From Octopus sinensis (lineage: Eukaryota): a stretch of DNA of 64,000 bases. Location: NCBI RefSeq assembly GCF_006345805.1, contig NC_043000.1, forward strand, positions 131,874,001 to 131,938,000, given 5' to 3'. Positions 59,562 through 64,000 of the stretch are shown piece by piece. Both the position numbers and the translations under genes were made by a program. The notes under the pieces are model-generated. The model did not search any database, had not been told where the DNA came from, and saw nothing but the letters and a program-made list of their open reading frames with translations. Numbering within the stretch: position 1 is the first letter of the stretch; every line of letters begins with the position of its first letter.

Positions 59562-59681
59562 ATGCTTACAGCACCTAGGGTTCCCAAGTGTTCACCCATC
59601 TAAGTACTAACTAGGCTCGATGTTGCTTAACTTCGGTGATCGAACGAGAACCGGTGCTTTCAACGTGATATGGCCGTAAGC
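59562..59681 (-). rRNA. RNA5S: 5S rRNA gene, unit 48 (C17, A91, A93)
   Basis: Full core, beta haplotype. Confidence 0.93.
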
Positions 59682-60056
59682 ATCAAAGTGGTAAATTTTA
59701 ATATATTTATTCTATAAACTGATAAATAAACTTCTTAGTTTAGAATAAGTTGATCCTCATTAAAATATATATTTTTTTAAATTCCTTGACAACAGTTTAT
59801 TTAATTTATATTACATTTCATTTTCATTTTTCTCACCGAGTCCTCAACTAGAGATTAACGACGTCAGATGTGAGGTGTTTTCTGGTACAGATCAACGTGT
59901 AAGGAACGTAGTTGCCTAACTTGCTGCTGTATAATGTGTTTAAGGTAACTAAAAACTCAAATGACGGTTACAACAAGAAGGAAAATTTCATAAGCCGTAA
60001 AAAGACGAAGTTAAATCGGGCAAAGTTTCGGTAGTAGTAAAAAAAAACAACAGGAA

Positions 60057-60176
60057 ATGCTTACAGCACCTAGGGTTCCCAAGCGGTCACCCATCTAAGT
60101 ACTAACTAGGCTCGATGTTGCTTAACTTCGGTGATCGAACGAGAACCGGTGCTTTCAACATGATATGGCCGTAAGC
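60057..60176 (-). rRNA. RNA5S: 5S rRNA gene, unit 49 (U17)
   Basis: Full core. Confidence 0.95.
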
Positions 60177-60551
60177 ATCAAAGTGGTAAATTTTAATATA
60201 TTTATTCTATAAACTGATAAATAAATTTTTATTGTAGATTAAGTTGATCCTCATTAAAATATATATTTTTTTACATTCCTTGACAACAGTTTATTTAACA
60301 TATATTACATTTCATTTTTATTTTTCTCACCGAGTCCTCAACTAGAGATTAACGACGTGAGATGTGAGGTGTTTTCTGGTACTGATCAACGTGTAAGGAA
60401 CGTAGTTGCCTAACTTGCTGCTGTATAATGTGTTTTAGGTAACTAAAAACTCAAATGACCGTTACAACAAGAAGGAAAATTTCATAAGCCGTAAAAAGAC
60501 GAAATTAAATCAGGCAGAGTTTCGGTAGTAGTAAAAAAAAATAAAAAGGAA

Positions 60552-60671
60552 ATGCTTACAGCACCTAGGGTTCCCAAGTGTTCACCTTTCTAAGTACTAA
60601 CTAGGCTCGATGTTGCTTAACTTCGGTGATCGAACGAGAACCGGTGCTTTCAACGTGATATGGCCGTAAGC
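60552..60671 (-). rRNA. RNA5S: 5S rRNA gene, unit 50 (C17, A91, A93, extra changes)
   Basis: Full core, beta haplotype. Confidence 0.92.
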
Positions 60672-61046
60672 ATCAAAGTGGTAAATTTTAATATATTTAT
60701 TCTATAAACTGATAAATAAACTTCTTAGTTTAGAATAAGTTGATCCTCATTAAAATATATATTTTTTTACATTCCTTGACAACAGTTTATTTAACATATA
60801 TTACATTTCATTTTCATTTTTCTCACCGAGTCCTCAACTAGAGATTAACGACGTGAGATGTGAGGTGTTTTCCGGGACAGATCAACGTTTAAGGAACGTA
60901 GTTGCCTAACTTGCTGCTGTATAATGTGTTTTAGGTAACTAAAAACTCAAATGACCGTTACAACGAGAAGGAAAATTTCATAAGCCGTAAAAAGACGAAG
61001 TTAAGTCAGGCAGAGTTTCGGTAGTAGTAAAAAAATACAACAGGAA

Positions 61047-61166
61047 ATGCTTACAGCACCTAGGGTTCCCAAGCGGTCACCCATCTAAGTACTAACTAGG
61101 CTCGATGCTGCATAACTTCGGTGATCGAACGAGAACCGGTGCTTTCAACATGATATGGCCGTATGC
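61047..61166 (-). rRNA. RNA5S: 5S rRNA gene, unit 51 (U17)
   Basis: Full core with private substitutions. Confidence 0.92.
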
Positions 61167-61541
61167 ATCAAAGTGGTAAATTTTAAGATATTTAATCTAT
61201 AAACTGATAAATAAATTTTTATTTTAGAATAAGTTGATCCTCATTAAAATATATATTTTTTTACATTCCTTGACAACAGTTTATTTAACATATATTACAT
61301 TTCATTTTCATTTTTCTCACCGAGTCCTCAACTAGAGATTAACGACGTGAGATTTGAGGTGTTTTCTGGTACAGATCAACGTGTAAGGAACGTAGTTGCC
61401 TAACTTGCTGCTGTATAATGTGTTTTAGGTAACTAAAAACTCAAATGACCGTTACAACAAGAAGGAAAATTTCATAAGCCGTAAAAAGACGAAGTTAAAT
61501 CAGGTAGAGTTTCGGTAGTAGTAAAAAAAAAACAACAGGAA

Positions 61542-61661
61542 ATGCTTACAGCACCTAGGGTTCCCAAGCGGTCACCCATCTAAGTACTAACTAGGCTCGA
61601 TGTGGCTTAACTTCGGTGATCGAACGAGAACCGGTGCTTTCAACATGATATGGCCGTAAGC
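61542..61661 (-). rRNA. RNA5S: 5S rRNA gene, unit 52 (U17)
   Basis: Full core. Confidence 0.93.
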
Positions 61662-62036
61662 ATCAAAGTGGTAAATTTTAATATATTTTTTTTATAAACT
61701 GATAAATAAATTTTTATTTTAGAATAAGTTGATCCTCATTAAAATATATATTTTTTTACATTCCTTGACAACAGTTTATTTAACATATATTACATTTCAT
61801 TTTCATTTTTCTCACCGAGTCCTCAACTAGAGATTAACGACGTGAGATTTGAGGTGTATTCTGGTACAGATCAACGTGTAAGGAACGTAGTTGCCTAACT
61901 TGCTGCTGTATAATGTGTTTTAGGTAACTAAAAACTCAAATGACCGTTACAACAAGAAGGAAAATTTCATAAGCCGTAAAAAGACGAAGTTAAATCAGGT
62001 AGAGTTTCGGTAGTAGTAAAAAAAAAACAACAGGAA

Positions 62037-62156
62037 ATGCTTACAGCACCTAGGGTTCCCAAGCGGTCACCCATCTAAGTACAAACTAGGCTCGATGTTG
62101 CTTAACTTCGGTGATCGAACGAGAACCGGTGCTTTCAACATGATATGGCCGTAAGC
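62037..62156 (-). rRNA. RNA5S: 5S rRNA gene, unit 53 (U17)
   Basis: Full core. Confidence 0.93.
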
Positions 62157-62531
62157 ATCAAAGTGGTAAATTTTAATATATTTATTCTATAAACTGATAA
62201 ATAAACTTCTTATTTTGGAATAAGTTGATCCTCATTAAAATATATATTTTTTTACATTCCTTCACAACAGTTTATTTAACATATATTACATTTCATTTTC
62301 ATTTTTCTCACCGAGTCCTCAACAAGAGATTAACGACGTGAGATTTGAGGTGTTTTCTGGTACCGATCAACGTGTAAGGAACGTAGTTGCCTAACTTGCC
62401 GCTGTATAATGTGTTTTAGGTAACTAAAAACTCAAATGACCGTTACAACAAGAAGGAAAATTTCATAAGCCGTAAAAAGACGAAATTAAATCAGGCAGAG
62501 TTTCGGTAGTAGTAAAAAAAAACAACAGGAA

Positions 62532-62651
62532 ATGCTTACAGCACCTAGGGTTCCCAAGTGTTCACCCATCTAAGTACTAACTAGGCTAGATGTTGCTTAA
62601 CTTCGGTGATCGAACGAGAACCGGTCCTTTCAACGTGATATGGCCGTAAGC
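62532..62651 (-). rRNA. RNA5S: 5S rRNA gene, unit 54 (C17, A91, A93)
   Basis: Full core, beta haplotype. Confidence 0.92.
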
Positions 62652-63026
62652 ATCAAAGTGGTAAATTTTAATATATTTATTCTATAAACTGATAAATAAA
62701 CTTCTTAGTTTAGAATAAGTTGATCCTCATTAAAATATATATTTTTTTACATTCCTTGACAACAGTTTATTTAGCATATATTACATTTCAGTTTCATTTT
62801 TCTCACCGAGTCCTCAACTAGAGATTAACGACGTCAGATGTGAGGTGTTTTCTGGTACAGATCAACGTGTAAGGAACGTAGTTGCCTAACTTGCTGCTGT
62901 ATAATGTGTTTTAGGTAACTAAAAACTCAAATGACCGTTACAACAAGAAGGAAAATTTCATAAGCCGTAAAAAGACGAAGTTAAATCAGGCAGTGTTTCG
63001 GTAGTAGTAAAAAAAAACAACAGGAA

Positions 63027-63146
63027 ATGCTTACAGCACCTAGGGTTCCCAAGCGGTCACCCATCCAAGTACTAACTAGGCTCGATGTTGCTTAACTTCG
63101 GTGATCGAACGAGAACCGGTGCTTTCAACATGATATGGCCGTAAGC
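63027..63146 (-). rRNA. RNA5S: 5S rRNA gene, unit 55 (U17, G81)
   Basis: Full core. Confidence 0.93.
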
Positions 63147-63532
63147 ATCAAAGTGGTAAATTTTAATATATTTATTCTATAAACTGATAAATAATCTTCT
63201 TAGTTTAGAATAAGTTGATCCTCATTAAAATTTATATTTTTTTACATTCCTTGACAACAGTTTATTTAACATATATTACATTTCATTTTCATTTTTCTCA
63301 CACCGATCCTCAACTAGAGATTAACGACGTGAGATTTGAGGTGTTTTCTGGTACAGATCAACGTGTAAGGAACGTAGTTGCCTACTTGCTGCTGTATAAT
63401 GTTTTAAGGTAACTAAAAACTCAAATGACCGTTACAACAGAGGAAAATTTCATAAGCCGTAAAAAGACGAAGTTAAGTCGGGCAGAGTTTCGGTAGTAGT
63501 ACAAAAAAAAAAACAACAAAAAACAAAAGGTA

Positions 63533-63650
63533 ATGCTTACAGCACCTAGTTCCCCAAGCGGTCACCCATCTAAGTACTAACTAGGCTCGATGTTGCTTAA
63601 CTACGGTGATCGAACGAGAACCGGTGCTTCCAACATGATATGCCGTAAGC
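63533..63650 (-). rRNA. RNA5S: 5S rRNA gene, unit 56 (U17, indels)
   Basis: Slightly degenerate core. Confidence 0.85.
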
Positions 63651-64000
63651 ATCAAAGTGGTAATTTTAATATATTTATTCTATAAACTGATAAATAAACT
63701 TCTTAGTTAGAATAAGTTGATCCTCATTAAAATATATATTATTTTACATTCCTTGACAACAGTTATTTAACATATATTACATTTCATTTTCATTTTTCTC
63801 ACCGAGTCCTCAACTAGAGATTAACGACGTGAGAAGTGAGGTGTTTTCTGGTACAGATCAACGTGTAAGGAACGTAGTTGCCTAACTTGCTGCTGTATAA
63901 TGTGTTTTAGGTAACTAAAAACTCAAATGACCGTTACAACAAGAAGGAAAATTTCATAAGCCGTAAAAAGACGAAGTTAAATCAGGCAGAGTTTCGGTAG

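Larger units (their letters stand above)
57833..64000 (-). repeat. 5S rDNA tandem array, subtype 2 (12 units, mostly 495 bp), continues beyond window
   Basis: Diagnostic spacer GTTACAACAAGAAGG and terminator tract AACAACAGGAAAT. Confidence 0.95.

Noticed and set aside
35817-64000. CRISPR-like or satellite interpretation of the regular repeat array
   Set aside because: The repeated unit contains a complete foldable 5S rRNA and identical spacers; eukaryotic context, no cas genes.

Overview
AT-rich eukaryotic (animal) DNA, most likely an octopus/coleoid. That call is an inference from an Octopus-type SINE tail and (CA)n/(TA)n microsatellites. The window is a 5S rDNA locus with 69 recognisable 5S genes in two architectures. 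(i) 1.9-26.8 kb: 13 genes in almost strictly alternating orientation (head-to-head pairs 0.55-0.75 kb apart, joined tail-to-tail), interrupted by transposons. (ii) 35.8-64 kb: a head-to-tail minus-strand array of ~480-507 bp units (44 copies, a 100-N gap, then 12 copies of a different subtype). The array unit looks like a deletion derivative of a head-to-head pair, and a two-unit version sits at 23.3-23.9 kb. The only long intact ORF is a Merlin (IS1016/IS1595-like DDE) transposase inside a 4.3 kb foldback element with ~1.3 kb inverted arms and a 9-bp TSD. Other content: a Merlin-type MITE, a degenerate Academ(X)-type DNA transposon, an LTR-retroelement remnant, CRE-type (restriction-like endonuclease), RTE and CR1 LINE fragments, hairpin-bearing SINEs, several foldback repeats and a decayed DEAD-box helicase fragment. 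No host protein-coding gene, tRNA, snRNA or CRISPR array is supported. All coordinates were read by eye; TE boundaries are approximate unless a TSD or terminal motif is cited.
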